Source: Candidatus Eiseniibacteriota bacterium (lineage in GTDB: Bacteria > Eisenbacteria > RBG-16-71-46). From it: 64,000 nt of DNA. The number at the start of each line of letters is the position of its first letter. Position 1 is the first letter of the stretch. This document shows, piece by piece, positions 26,993-37,933 of this stretch. The stretch is taken from the NCBI GenBank assembly GCA_963717935.1, contig CAVQXP010000004.1, forward strand, positions 1,888,001-1,952,000. Direction: 5' to 3'. Made by a program: the position numbers and the translations under genes. The notes beneath the pieces are model-generated. The model worked only from the letters and a program-made list of their open reading frames with translations. It was not told the origin of the DNA and did no database searches.

Positions 26993-27982
26993 ACGCCCGT
27001 CTGCTGCGAGGTGTTCTCGGCGCTGGTCCAGGTGCACCGCGAAACCGCTCATCCGGTGGGGGCCGAGACCCTGGCACACCGGTCCAGGATCCGGCTCTCG
27101 CCGGCCAGCATCCGCCACACGCTGGCGGAGCTGGAGGCACTCGGGCTGCTCGAGCAGCGGCACGCCTCCGCCGGCCGGGTGCCGACCTCGCGCGGTGTCG
27201 ATCTCTACGTGCGTACGCTGCTCGCACCCGCGTTGCTGCCGCCCGAGATGGTCGCGGAGATCGAGCGGACGCTGACGCGTTCGACGCGCGACATCCAGCA
27301 GCTGCTCAGCGAAGCCTCGCGCCTGCTCTCGACGCTGACGCGCCAGCTCGGGCTCGCCGTGGCGGCCCTGCTGGACGACGAGCCCGTGCGAGAGCTCGAG
27401 CTGGCCCCGCTGGACCCGCGACGCAGCCTGATGGTGCTGAACCTCGGGGGTGGCAACGTGCGGACGCTGGTGCTCGAACTGGAGGGGCCGCTCCAGCTCG
27501 AGGAGCTGCAGGAGGTGGCCGCGGTGCTCCGCGAGCAGCTGGCGGGGCGCCCGCTCTCCGAGGTGCGCGAGCGGCTCGCCACGGACGCCGATCTGGCGCG
27601 GTACTCCGCCGTGCGGGTCGTGGCGCGTGCCGCGATGGCGGGCTGGAGCCGGCCGGTCTCCACGCCGCTCTTCGCCTCGGGTGCGATGCACATCGCCGAG
27701 CTCCCGGAATTCGCGGACGCGACGCGGCTGGGCTCGGTGCTGCGCTCGGTCGAGTCGGGCACTCCCCTGGACCGGCTCATGGTGAGGAGCGTGGAAGGCC
27801 AGGTGGCCGTGCGGGCCGGGGTGGACGAGGACCGCGCTCTGGCGGGCTGCAGCCTGGTGAGCTACGCGCTGCCAGGCTCCGTGCGCGGCGCGGTGGGCGT
27901 GCTGGGGCCGCTGCGCATGGACTACGCGCGCACGCTCGCGGTGGTGGACGCGGTGGGCAGCCGGCTCGCGGATCTGCTGTGA
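26941..27982 (+). CDS. hrcA: Heat-inducible transcription repressor HrcA (frameshift ~27004)
   Basis: LNAR...PVGAETL, SPASIRHTLAELEALGLLEQRHASAGRVPT, GAVGVLGPLRMDY; upstream of grpE. Confidence 0.9.
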
Positions 27983-28013
27983 GGCGGCGCTGCCCGCGAA
28001 GGGGATCCCGGAC

Positions 28014-28622
28014 GTGAGCGAGGAACGCAAGGGCAGGCGCACCCCGCCGGCGGACGACCCGGCGGAAGGGGGTGCCGGGGCGACCCCGGCCGGCTTCGGG
28101 ACTTCCGGGGCGGACGCCGCGGCCGCGGGGGAGGCGCGCCCGGCCGAACCGGCGGGGGCGGGGCCAGTGGACGCGGCGGAGGACGCTGCCGTGCTCAGGG
28201 ACCGCTGGCTGCGGGCGGAGGCGGAGTTGCAGAACTTCCGGCGCCGCGCGGCGCGCGATCGCGAGGAGACACGCCGGAGCGCCGAGGAGGGCGTGATGCT
28301 CGAGGTCATCGCGGCCCTCGACGATCTCGAGCGCGCTCTGGCGACGGTGCCCGAATCGGGTTCGCCGGAGCCGTGGGCCGAGGGTGTCCGCCTGGTGGCG
28401 GGCCGGCTGGTGGAGTACCTCGGGCGTCAGGGCGTGGTGGCGCTGGATCCGGTGGGGCGGCCGTTCGACCCGGTCTTCCAGGAGGCCGTGCTCGAGACGG
28501 TGGTCCCGGGGGCGGCGCCCGGCCACGTGACGCAGGTTCTGCTGAAGGGCTGGCGACGCGGGGCGCGGGCACTGCGCGCCGCGCGCGTGGTGGTGGCGCG
28601 GGCGCCGGATGGGGAAGCCTGA
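28014..28622 (+). CDS. grpE: Nucleotide exchange factor GrpE
   Basis: [33 protein letters not shown]....LRAARVVV. Confidence 0.92.
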   Translation: MSEERKGRRTPPADDPAEGGAGATPAGFGTSGADAAAAGEARPAEPAGAGPVDAAEDAAVLRDRWLRAEAELQNFRRRAARDREETRRSAEEGVMLEVIAALDDLERALATVPESGSPEPWAEGVRLVAGRLVEYLGRQGVVALDPVGRPFDPVFQEAVLETVVPGAAPGHVTQVLLKGWRRGARALRAARVVVARAPDGEA

Positions 28623-29767
28623 TGGCCCGGCGCGACTACTACGAGGTGCTCGGAGTCCCGCGCGGGGCGAGCGAGGACGACGTCAAGAAGGCCTACCGCA
28701 AGATCGCCTTCGAAAGCCACCCGGATCGGAACCCCGGCGACAAGGATGCCGAGCGGCGCTTCAAGGAGGCCACCGAGGCGTACGAGGTGCTGCGCGACGC
28801 GGAGAAGCGCGCCCGCTACGACCAGTTCGGGCACGCAGCCCCGGGCGGCGCCGGCCCGCAGGGCTTCGACGTCAGCGGCTTCGACCTGGCCGATGCGTTG
28901 CGCGCCTTCATGAACGAGTTCGGCGGCGACATGGGTGGCTTCGGGGATCTGTTCGGTGGGGGCGCGGCGCGCGGAGGCGCGCGGCTTCGGCGCGGCGACG
29001 ACCTGCAGGTCCGGGTGCGCCTCACCCTGGAGGAGGTCTCCACCGGCGTCGAGAAGAAGATCCGGGTGAAGCACCTGCGGTCCTGCGCCGCCTGCCAGGG
29101 GCGCGGGGGAACGGGCGAGGGCGCCTGTGCCCAGTGCCAGGGCCGCGGGCAGGTGAGGCGCGTGCAGCAGTCCATCTTCGGGCAGTTCGTGAACGTCTCG
29201 ACGTGTCCGCAGTGCGGAGGCGCGGGACAGGTGGTGCGCGAGCGCTGCCGGGAGTGCAAGGGCGAGGGGCGTGTCTCGGAGTCCGACACGATTGCCGTGA
29301 AGGTGCCGCGCGGGGTCGCAAGCGGGAACTTCATCCCGCTGCGCGGCATGGGCGACGCTGGTCCGCGAGGGGGCCCCGCGGGTGACCTCATCGTGCTCAT
29401 CGAGGAGAAGCCTCATGCGGTCTTCGTCCGGGACGGTGAAGACCTGCACGTGGACCTGCCGGTCGGGTTCGCGACGGCTGCCCTGGGCGGGAAGGTCGAG
29501 ACGCCGCTCATCGATGGCACGAAGGCCTCGCTGAGCGTGGCGCCGGGCACGCCGACGGGCCACGTGCTCCGCCTGCGCGGCAAGGGGCTCGCTTCGTTGC
29601 GGGGCGGATCGGGCGACCTCCTGGTGCGCCTGGTCGTGTGGGTGCCGGAGCGCGTGAGCGGTGAGGAGCGTCGCCTGCTCGAACAACTGGCGCACTCGGA
29701 GGGTTTCAAGCCGCCCGGCCCTTCGAGGAGCCTCTTCGAGCGCGTCAAAGGCGCCTTTGGCGGCTGA
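28622..29767 (+). CDS. dnaJ: Chaperone DnaJ
   Basis: [14 protein letters not shown] region, four CxxCxGxG motifs. Confidence 0.97.
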   Translation: MARRDYYEVLGVPRGASEDDVKKAYRKIAFESHPDRNPGDKDAERRFKEATEAYEVLRDAEKRARYDQFGHAAPGGAGPQGFDVSGFDLADALRAFMNEFGGDMGGFGDLFGGGAARGGARLRRGDDLQVRVRLTLEEVSTGVEKKIRVKHLRSCAACQGRGGTGEGACAQCQGRGQVRRVQQSIFGQFVNVSTCPQCGGAGQVVRERCRECKGEGRVSESDTIAVKVPRGVASGNFIPLRGMGDAGPRGGPAGDLIVLIEEKPHAVFVRDGEDLHVDLPVGFATAALGGKVETPLIDGTKASLSVAPGTPTGHVLRLRGKGLASLRGGSGDLLVRLVVWVPERVSGEERRLLEQLAHSEGFKPPGPSRSLFERVKGAFGG

Positions 29768-30476
29768 CGCGGCGCCAGCGCTGCTCTATCTGCCCGGGCT
29801 TCCGGAGCCCGGGTCGCGCCTCGAGCTTGCGGCGGCCGACGCCCACTACGTGGCGCGCGTCTGCCGGGCGCGCGTGGGGGAGCGCGTGGAGGCCACCGAC
29901 GGACAGGGCGCGCGGGCGACACTGCGACTGATCGAACTGCGCCAGGGCGTGGTGGTGGAGATCGAGGCGGTCACGCGCGAACCGGCCCGGCGACGTTCCT
30001 GGGTGCTGTGCGGGGCGCCCGAGGGCGAGCGGGCGGACTGGCTGGTGGAGAAGCTGGCGGAACTTGGGATCGGGCGCTTCCTGCCGGTGGACACCGCGCG
30101 TGGGCGCTGGAGGACGGCTTCGGGGCGGCGGGCGCGATGGGAACGCCTGGCCATCGCGGCGCTGCGTCAGTCGAGGCGGCTGCACCTGATGGCCGTCGAA
30201 GAGCCGGTGCCCCTGCGGGAGGCGCTGTCCTCGCTGCCGCCGGGAGGCAGCCGCTGGGTGGCCGACGCGTCCGGGGCTGCTGCCGGACACGGCCAGATTC
30301 CCCCCGGTGGAGAGCCGGGGATCGGGCTCGTGGGGCCGTCCGGGGGGTTGGACGATGGGGAGCGGCAGGCGGCATTTATCGCCGGTTTCCAGCCTTTGCG
30401 GCTCTCGGACGCCCGCCTCAGGACCGAGACCGCGGCCCTTGCCTGGGCCGTCTGGTGGTCGGGCGGGGGGGGCTGA
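29757..30476 (+). CDS. rsmE: 16S rRNA m3U1498 methyltransferase (start uncertain)
   Basis: [39 protein letters not shown]. Confidence 0.85.
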   Translation: MAADAAPALLYLPGLPEPGSRLELAAADAHYVARVCRARVGERVEATDGQGARATLRLIELRQGVVVEIEAVTREPARRRSWVLCGAPEGERADWLVEKLAELGIGRFLPVDTARGRWRTASGRRARWERLAIAALRQSRRLHLMAVEEPVPLREALSSLPPGGSRWVADASGAAAGHGQIPPGGEPGIGLVGPSGGLDDGERQAAFIAGFQPLRLSDARLRTETAALAWAVWWSGGGG

Positions 30477-30501
30477 CGGCCTTTCTCTGGCCAGGCCTGC
30501 C

Positions 30502-30530
30502 TTGACGGTTGGTGCGAGCGGTCATAGACT
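30502..30530 (+). promoter_or_regulatory. Putative sigma70 promoter for rpsU operon
   Basis: TTGACG-N17-TAGACT. Confidence 0.65.
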
Positions 30531-30628
30531 CAGAATGCTCGTTCACGCCCAGGTCGTTCCCCGAGGGGCGTCCTCAAGGAAGTTCTTCAATTGAATCAAT
30601 CTAAACTGGGCAGAGAGGGGGGGATGGA

Positions 30629-30823
30629 TTGCCCGGAATCAGGGTGAAGGACGGTGAGTCCTTCGAGAGTGCCCTGCGTCGTTTCAAGAAGAAGTGTGAG
30701 AAGGCTGGGATCATGGCTGACCTGCGCCGTCATCAGCACTTCGAGAAGCCGAGTGAGCGGCGCAAGCGTAAGCTGAACGCGGCCAGGCGCAAGAACTTGG
30801 CTCGCCGTCAGCAGGAGATCTGA
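30629..30823 (+). CDS. rpsU: 30S ribosomal protein S21
   Basis: [27 protein letters not shown] start. Confidence 0.97.
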   Translation: MPGIRVKDGESFESALRRFKKKCEKAGIMADLRRHQHFEKPSERRKRKLNAARRKNLARRQQEI

Positions 30824-30828
30824 AGAGC

Positions 30829-31401
30829 CTGAACTTCTGGCACAGCTTCACCGCGCTGGACTGGGGGATCCTCGGTCTGGTCGTGGTGTTCGCTATTCGG
30901 GGCCTCATCCGCGGCTCGGTCCGGCAGGTGTTCGGCCTGCTGGGTTTCGTGGGTGGCCTCTGGTTGGCGATGCAGGTTTCACGGTGGGTCGGAGCGCAGT
31001 GGCTGGGCGCCCGGCCCGCTGTGGTCTATTGGGTGCTGCGATGGCTCGTGGCGGCCCTCGCAGGGCTCGTGGTGGCGTCCCTTCTTCATTGGTGGGGAAG
31101 TCTGCTTGGCAAGGCCGTCAAGGCTGGGCCGGCAGGATGGGTCGATCGCGTCTTCGGCGTGCTGCTGGGGGCGTTGATCGGCGTGATGTGGGCGATCGCG
31201 CTCGTGACGCTCGCGTTGCTTGCGCCCCGGCTGGTCGGGGTGGAAGCCGCGGTGACGCAGGCGCGCACGGCCCACGCGCTGGTGAGCACGGGTGCGCGCG
31301 CGTGCGATGCGGTCGAAGCGCGCGTGCCCAGGCTCCACGGGCTGGGGCGTCTGCTCCACGAGGCAGAACGTCGCGCCCGGGCGCATCCCCGTGGTTCGTG
31401 A
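30829..31401 (+). CDS. CvpA-family membrane protein (likely start upstream of the called GTG 30883)
   Basis: LDWGIL...IRGLIRGSVRQV...G, DRVFGVLLG; precedes mutS2 as in many genomes. Confidence 0.8.
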   Translation: MNFWHSFTALDWGILGLVVVFAIRGLIRGSVRQVFGLLGFVGGLWLAMQVSRWVGAQWLGARPAVVYWVLRWLVAALAGLVVASLLHWWGSLLGKAVKAGPAGWVDRVFGVLLGALIGVMWAIALVTLALLAPRLVGVEAAVTQARTAHALVSTGARACDAVEARVPRLHGLGRLLHEAERRARAHPRGS

Positions 31402-31447
31402 CATCCAGGTGCGAGCGCGGGAAGGAACCCGCGCCGACGGGAGCGGC

Positions 31448-33811
31448 GTGGACGATCATTCCCTGCGACTCCTCGAATATGATCGCGTGACCGCTGCGGT
31501 CGCGGCGCGCGCGGCGGGGAGCGGTGCCCGCTCGCGTCTGCTCGCATGGCGGCCTCGCCCTGACGCCGCGGAGCGTGCGCGTGAGAACGCGCTGCTCGAC
31601 GCGGCGATCCGCCGCCAGGGCGAGCCCGACCCCTGGTGTCGCGTGGGCGCGGGCGATCTGGCGCCGCGGCTGGCTCCCGAGGCGCGCGAGGCCCTCGACG
31701 GAGCGGGGTTGGTCGAGGTGCTGGGCTGGCTCGAGGCGGGGCGCGAGACGCGCTCCCTGTGGTCCGACGAAGGCGTGCGCGCGCGCTTCCCCGGGCTGGT
31801 GGGCCTCGTAGACGCACTGCCCGAGGTGGAACTCCTGCGCCGCCGCCTGGCGTCCTCGCTGGAAGCGGACGGGCGCGTGACCGACGGGGCCTCGCCCGAC
31901 CTCGCCCGGCTGCGGCGCGGGCTCGAGCAGGGCGAGCGCGGGATCCAGCAGCGCCTCGAGCGCTGGGCGCACGGTTTCGGGGAATCGGCCTACGTGACCC
32001 GGCACGACGAGCGTTTCGTGGCCCTGGTGCCCGCGGCCGGTTTCTCACGGCGACGCGGCATCGTGCACGATGTCTCCGGCAGCGGACAGTCGCTGTTCGT
32101 CGAGCCGCTCGAGCTGTGCGAGGCCAACAACCAGGTCATCGAGCTGCGCGCCGGGGTCGGAGAGGAGGAGCGTCGCATCCTGTTCGAGCTCGCGGAGGCA
32201 GTGCGACAGGCAGGGCCGGAGCTCGAGTCCCTCGAGGCTGGGCTCGTCCAGCTCGACAGCCTGCGTGCGCGTGCCCGCTGGGCCGTGGAGTTCGGCGCGA
32301 TCGCGGTGGAGCCCGCCGGGGAGCGGCTCGCCCTACGGGCCGCCCGGCATCCGCTGCTGGCGATGGGCGAGGCGCACGCGGCGATCGTGCCCCTCGACCT
32401 CGAGCTCGCCGCGCCGGACCGCATCCTGCTCGTGAGCGGTCCGAACATGGGGGGCAAGACGGTGCTCCTCAAGACGGTGGGGCTCGCCGTCGCGCTGGCG
32501 CACTCGGCGCTGCCCGTCCCTGCGGCCGAGGGCAGCGCGGTGCCGGAGGTGGACGCGATCGTGGCCGACCTCGGCGACGAGCAGTCGGTGGACGAGGGGC
32601 TCTCGACCTTTGCCGCGCACCTGCGCGCCCTCGCGCGGATGGCGGAGCTCGCGAGTCCGCGCTGTCTCGTCCTGTGCGACGAGTTGGGGGCGGGGACCGA
32701 TCCGGAGGAAGGGGGGTCGCTGGGGCGCGCGGCGCTGGAGCACTTCGCGGCGCGCGGCGCCTGGGGCGTCGTGACCACCCACCTGGGGAGCCTCAAGCGC
32801 GCGGCCGGCGAGGTGCCGGGGGTGGTGAACGGCTCGCTCGAATTCGACCTCGCGGGGATGGCTCCGCGGTACCGCTTCCTGGCGGGTGTGCCGGGCGCGA
32901 GTCATGCGCTGGCGGTGGCGGAGCGGCTGGGGTTCCCGCCGGCGCTGGTGGCCCGGGCGCGTTCGCTGGCTCCGGCGGAGGCCGTGGCGCTCGAGCGCCT
33001 GCTGGCGGAGCTACAGGAGACCCGCGCGCGGCTCGAGGACGAACGGGCGCGCCTGGCGCGAGCCGAGGCCGCGGCGCAGGCGGCCGCGGCGGAGGGCCGG
33101 GCGGCGGCCGAGGAGGCGCGGCGCGCTCTGGAGGAGTTGCGGCGGCGGTTGACGCGTGAGAGCGAGGTCGTGCTCGCGCGTGCGCGCGAGTTGTGGCAGA
33201 CGGTGCGGCGAGAGGCGCGGCGCGCCGAGAAGACCCGCGGGGGAGCCGAGCGCATCGGCGCCGACCTGGTGGTGGTGGAGGGCGAGATCGAGGCTCTGCG
33301 GCACACGGCCGAGGCGGCGGGGGGGGGCCCAGCGCCGGTGCCCATGCTGGCGGGCCCGCTCGAGGCCGGTCGCAGGGTGCGGGTGCGGAACCTGGACGTC
33401 GAGGCGGAGGTGGTGAGTGGCCCGGACAGCGAGGGGCGCGTGCGGCTCCGCCGCGGCAGCTGGAGCATCCAGAGTCACGTGGGCCAGTTGGAGGCGGTCC
33501 GCCCGGCCGGGGCGGGAGGCGCGGAGGCGCCCGTGCCGCGGGCCTCGTGGAGCGCTCCCGAGGAGGCGCCGGGGCTCGAGGTCGACCTGCGCGGCATGGA
33601 GGCCGACGAGGCGCTGCGGAATCTGGACCAGGGTCTCGACCGGGCGGTGTTGAGCGGCTTCTCGGAGTTGCGCGTGATCCATGGCGTGGGCCGGGGCGTG
33701 TTGCGCTCCGTGGTGGAACGGCACCTGCGCGGGCATCCGCAGGTCGCCGCGCAGCGTCTGGGCGGGGTGGGTGAGGGTGGCCGGGGCGTGACCGTCGTGG
33801 GGTTGCGATGA
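31448..33811 (+). CDS. mutS2: Endonuclease MutS2
   Basis: LEY, GIVHDVSGSGQSLFVEP, SGPNMGGKT, DLGDEQS..LSTFAAH, DELGAGTDP, TTH, C-terminal Smr VDLRG...IHGVGRG. Confidence 0.93.
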   Translation: MDDHSLRLLEYDRVTAAVAARAAGSGARSRLLAWRPRPDAAERARENALLDAAIRRQGEPDPWCRVGAGDLAPRLAPEAREALDGAGLVEVLGWLEAGRETRSLWSDEGVRARFPGLVGLVDALPEVELLRRRLASSLEADGRVTDGASPDLARLRRGLEQGERGIQQRLERWAHGFGESAYVTRHDERFVALVPAAGFSRRRGIVHDVSGSGQSLFVEPLELCEANNQVIELRAGVGEEERRILFELAEAVRQAGPELESLEAGLVQLDSLRARARWAVEFGAIAVEPAGERLALRAARHPLLAMGEAHAAIVPLDLELAAPDRILLVSGPNMGGKTVLLKTVGLAVALAHSALPVPAAEGSAVPEVDAIVADLGDEQSVDEGLSTFAAHLRALARMAELASPRCLVLCDELGAGTDPEEGGSLGRAALEHFAARGAWGVVTTHLGSLKRAAGEVPGVVNGSLEFDLAGMAPRYRFLAGVPGASHALAVAERLGFPPALVARARSLAPAEAVALERLLAELQETRARLEDERARLARAEAAAQAAAAEGRAAAEEARRALEELRRRLTRESEVVLARARELWQTVRREARRAEKTRGGAERIGADLVVVEGEIEALRHTAEAAGGGPAPVPMLAGPLEAGRRVRVRNLDVEAEVVSGPDSEGRVRLRRGSWSIQSHVGQLEAVRPAGAGGAEAPVPRASWSAPEEAPGLEVDLRGMEADEALRNLDQGLDRAVLSGFSELRVIHGVGRGVLRSVVERHLRGHPQVAAQRLGGVGEGGRGVTVVGLR

Positions 33812-35592
33812 GGGGCGAGGTGGGTGGTGCGGGGGTGGCCCCGGGTGCGCGCGGACTCGACGACTGGGTGGAACGCGTGCGCGCGGCCAGCGACATCGTC
33901 GAGGTCGTCGGGCAGACGGTGGCGCTCAAGCGCACGGGGCGGAACCTGGTCGGGCTTTGCCCGTTCCACAAGGAGAAGACGGGCTCGTTCTCGGTGAACC
34001 CCGAGCGGCAGTTCTACCATTGCTTCGGGTGCAAGGCCGGCGGCGACGTCTTCCGGTTCGTGCAGGAGACGGAGAAGGTGGGCTTCATCGAGGCGGTCGA
34101 GATCCTGAGCCGGCGCGCCGGCATCGCGGTGCCCGAGCGGCGCGGCGAGGCCGGCGCAGCGGCGGGTGCGCGCGGACGCCTCACCGAGGCGCTCGAGGCG
34201 GCTGCGCTGGCGTACGAGCAGTGGTTGGGCGACCCCGACGGTGGCGCGGCCGCGCGGGCGTACCTCGAGCGGCGCGGCCTGGCCCGGGAGACGCAGCGCG
34301 CCTTCCGGCTGGGGCTCGCGCTCGAGGGCTGGGAGAACCTGGTTCAGCGCCTGCGCGGCCGCATCGCGGACGAGGTGCTCGTGCAGGCAGGCCTGGCGGC
34401 GCGGCGGGAGACTGGTCGCGGCGGCCTGTACGACCGCTTCCGCAACCGGCTCATGGTGCCGCTGGTGGCCCCCGGGGGCGTGGTCGTGGGGTTCGGCGCT
34501 CGCGCGCTCTCGGACGAGGACCTGCCGAAGTACCTCAACTCGCCCGAAACGCCCGTCTACCACAAGGGCGCGTTCCTCTTCGGCCTCGACCAGGCGCGGC
34601 GCAGGGTCGAGGCCGACGGGGAGATGATCGTGGTCGAGGGCTACTTCGACGCGATCGCCCTGCACCAGGCGGGACTCGGGAACACCGTGGCGACCTCGGG
34701 CACGGCGCTCACCCAGGACCAGGCGCGCCTGCTGAAGCGCGTCGTGCCGCGGATCGTGCTGACGTACGACGGCGACGCCGCGGGCCAGGAGGCGATGATG
34801 CGCTCGCTCGGCGTGCTGCTGGCCGAGGGGCTCGACGTCGTGGTGGTGGACCTGCCCGAGGGCGAGGACCCGGACACGCTGGTGCGCGGCGGCGGGCTCG
34901 AGGCGTGGGGTGTGGTGCGCGCGCGGGCCGCGGACCCGGTGGAGTTCATCCAACGGCACGTGCTGCGTGGCCATGTTGGCGGGCGCGATCCGCGGGAGCG
35001 CGCGCTGCAGGCCGTGGTGGACCTGGGCGTGAAGGTCGCCGACCCCATCCGGCGGCAGACGCTGGTGGAGCGCGCGAGCCAGGTGTTCCGCCAGCCCGAG
35101 CGCGTGATCGCGCGGGCCATGGCCCTGCGTCGCTCGGGCCAGCCGGCCGAGCGGCCGGTCGAGGCGGCGGTCCGCCAGCAGCGGGCGGGCGAGGCCCACG
35201 GCGAGCGCCGGCTGCTCGAGGCGATCCTGCACCGGCCCGAGAGTCTCGAGGAGGCGCGGGCCTTGGTCTCGCCGCAGGACTTCGGCGACCCGGTGTGCGC
35301 CACGCTGGCAGGATGGCTATGGGGTGGCCGCGCGGGCTTCCCCGCGGAGGACGAGGCCGCGGCGCTGGCGCGGGAGTTGGCCGCATCCGAGCCCGAGGAC
35401 TGGGAATCGCTCGCCCGGGGCGCGGCGCGCCGCCTGCTGCAGCATCGCCTTGCCCGACAGCATCGTGAGAAACAGGAGGAGCTTCGCCACGACCCTCAGG
35501 GTCCCGAGGCGGCCCGGCTCCTGCAGGAGATCCAGCAGATCGCACTTTCCATTCGAGAGATCGAGCAGTCGATTCGAGAACCCTCGCGCTGA
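33808..35592 (+). CDS. dnaG: DNA primase
   Basis: CPFH...CFGC zinc finger, DRFRNRLM, KYLNSPET, VEGYFD, YDGDAAG TOPRIM. Confidence 0.97.
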   Translation: MRGEVGGAGVAPGARGLDDWVERVRAASDIVEVVGQTVALKRTGRNLVGLCPFHKEKTGSFSVNPERQFYHCFGCKAGGDVFRFVQETEKVGFIEAVEILSRRAGIAVPERRGEAGAAAGARGRLTEALEAAALAYEQWLGDPDGGAAARAYLERRGLARETQRAFRLGLALEGWENLVQRLRGRIADEVLVQAGLAARRETGRGGLYDRFRNRLMVPLVAPGGVVVGFGARALSDEDLPKYLNSPETPVYHKGAFLFGLDQARRRVEADGEMIVVEGYFDAIALHQAGLGNTVATSGTALTQDQARLLKRVVPRIVLTYDGDAAGQEAMMRSLGVLLAEGLDVVVVDLPEGEDPDTLVRGGGLEAWGVVRARAADPVEFIQRHVLRGHVGGRDPRERALQAVVDLGVKVADPIRRQTLVERASQVFRQPERVIARAMALRRSGQPAERPVEAAVRQQRAGEAHGERRLLEAILHRPESLEEARALVSPQDFGDPVCATLAGWLWGGRAGFPAEDEAAALARELAASEPEDWESLARGAARRLLQHRLARQHREKQEELRHDPQGPEAARLLQEIQQIALSIREIEQSIREPSR

Positions 35593-35607
35593 GGAGAATC
35601 CGATTCC

Positions 35608-37413
<1,806 letters not shown>

Positions 37414-37455
37414 AAGAAGGGCGGGCCCGGGGCGGCGGCCGGTGCGCGGCGCGCC

Positions 37456-37485
37456 TTGACACCCTTCGCGAGCGGGTGCTAGAAA
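37456..37485 (+). promoter_or_regulatory. Putative sigma70 promoter for tRNA-Ile2/Val
   Basis: TTGACA-N18-TAGAAA with TG extended -10. Confidence 0.55.
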
Positions 37486-37525
37486 CACACGGTTTCGGGC
37501 ACCGGTGGCAGGAGGCTTGAACGCT

Positions 37526-37599
37526 GGGCCCATAGCTCAGCGGTCGAGAGCGGCCGGCTCATAACCGGTAAGACCCTGGTTCGAATCCAGGTGGGCCCA
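37526..37599 (+). tRNA. tRNA with CAT anticodon, probably tRNA-Ile2 (lysidine); CCA not encoded
   Basis: Acceptor GGGCCCA/TGGGCCC, arm GCCGG-CTCATAA-CCGGT; no initiator features; located downstream of rpoD like E. coli ileX. Confidence 0.88.
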
Positions 37600-37644
37600 G
37601 AATCGAACGCCGCGGAAGGCCCATGTGCGGGGCCGAGTCGAGTG

Positions 37645-37720
37645 GGGCGGGTAGCTCAGCTGGCAGAGCACCTGGATCACAACCAGGGGGTCGCAGGTTC
37701 AAGTCCTGTTCCGCCCACCA
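37645..37720 (+). tRNA. tRNA-Val(CAC)
   Basis: Acceptor GGGCGGG/TCCGCCC, arm CCTGG-ATCACAA-CCAGG, T loop TTCAAGT, encoded CCA. Confidence 0.92.
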
Positions 37721-37730
37721 TCTCCGATGC

Positions 37731-37920
37731 GAGCGCCATCCGAATGAAGGAGTTCGTGGACCGATGATGCTGCCATCGCGTGCGAGCGTCGGCCGCTGGC
37801 CGGCGGGGAGGTGGCGGAGTCGAACTCCGGTCTGCCCGCGCCGCCCGCCTGGTGCTCCCGGGGTGGCGATGCGCGCTGTCGAGCGGGGAAGTCCTTTCCG
37901 GACGTCCCCGCTCTTCGTTT
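37731..37920. ncRNA. Candidate structured RNA (rod-like, ~183 nt) ending in a terminator-like hairpin
   Basis: Nested pairings GAGCG/CGCTC, TCCG/CGGA, GAAGGA/TCCTTT, GTTCG/CGAGC, TGCCATC/GGTGGCG, GAGCGTCGG/CTGGTGCTC, CGGAG/CTCCG; folded by eye only. Confidence 0.35.
37881..37920 (+). terminator. Putative intrinsic terminator of the tRNA transcript
   Basis: GAGCGGGGA...TCCCCGCTC 9-bp stem with inner GTCC/GGAC, followed by TTCGTTT. Confidence 0.55.
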
Positions 37921-37933
37921 GCGGGGAGTGACG

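Noticed and set aside
27133..27160. CIRCE-like GGCACTC-N9-GAG inside hrcA
   Set aside because: The right arm matches only 3-4 of 9 positions and the site lies in coding sequence.
37800..37832. Minus-strand resemblance to a tRNA/tmRNA 3' end (possible att site)
   Set aside because: The T-arm geometry is wrong (5-nt loop), there is no CCA, no matching duplicate and no integrase nearby.
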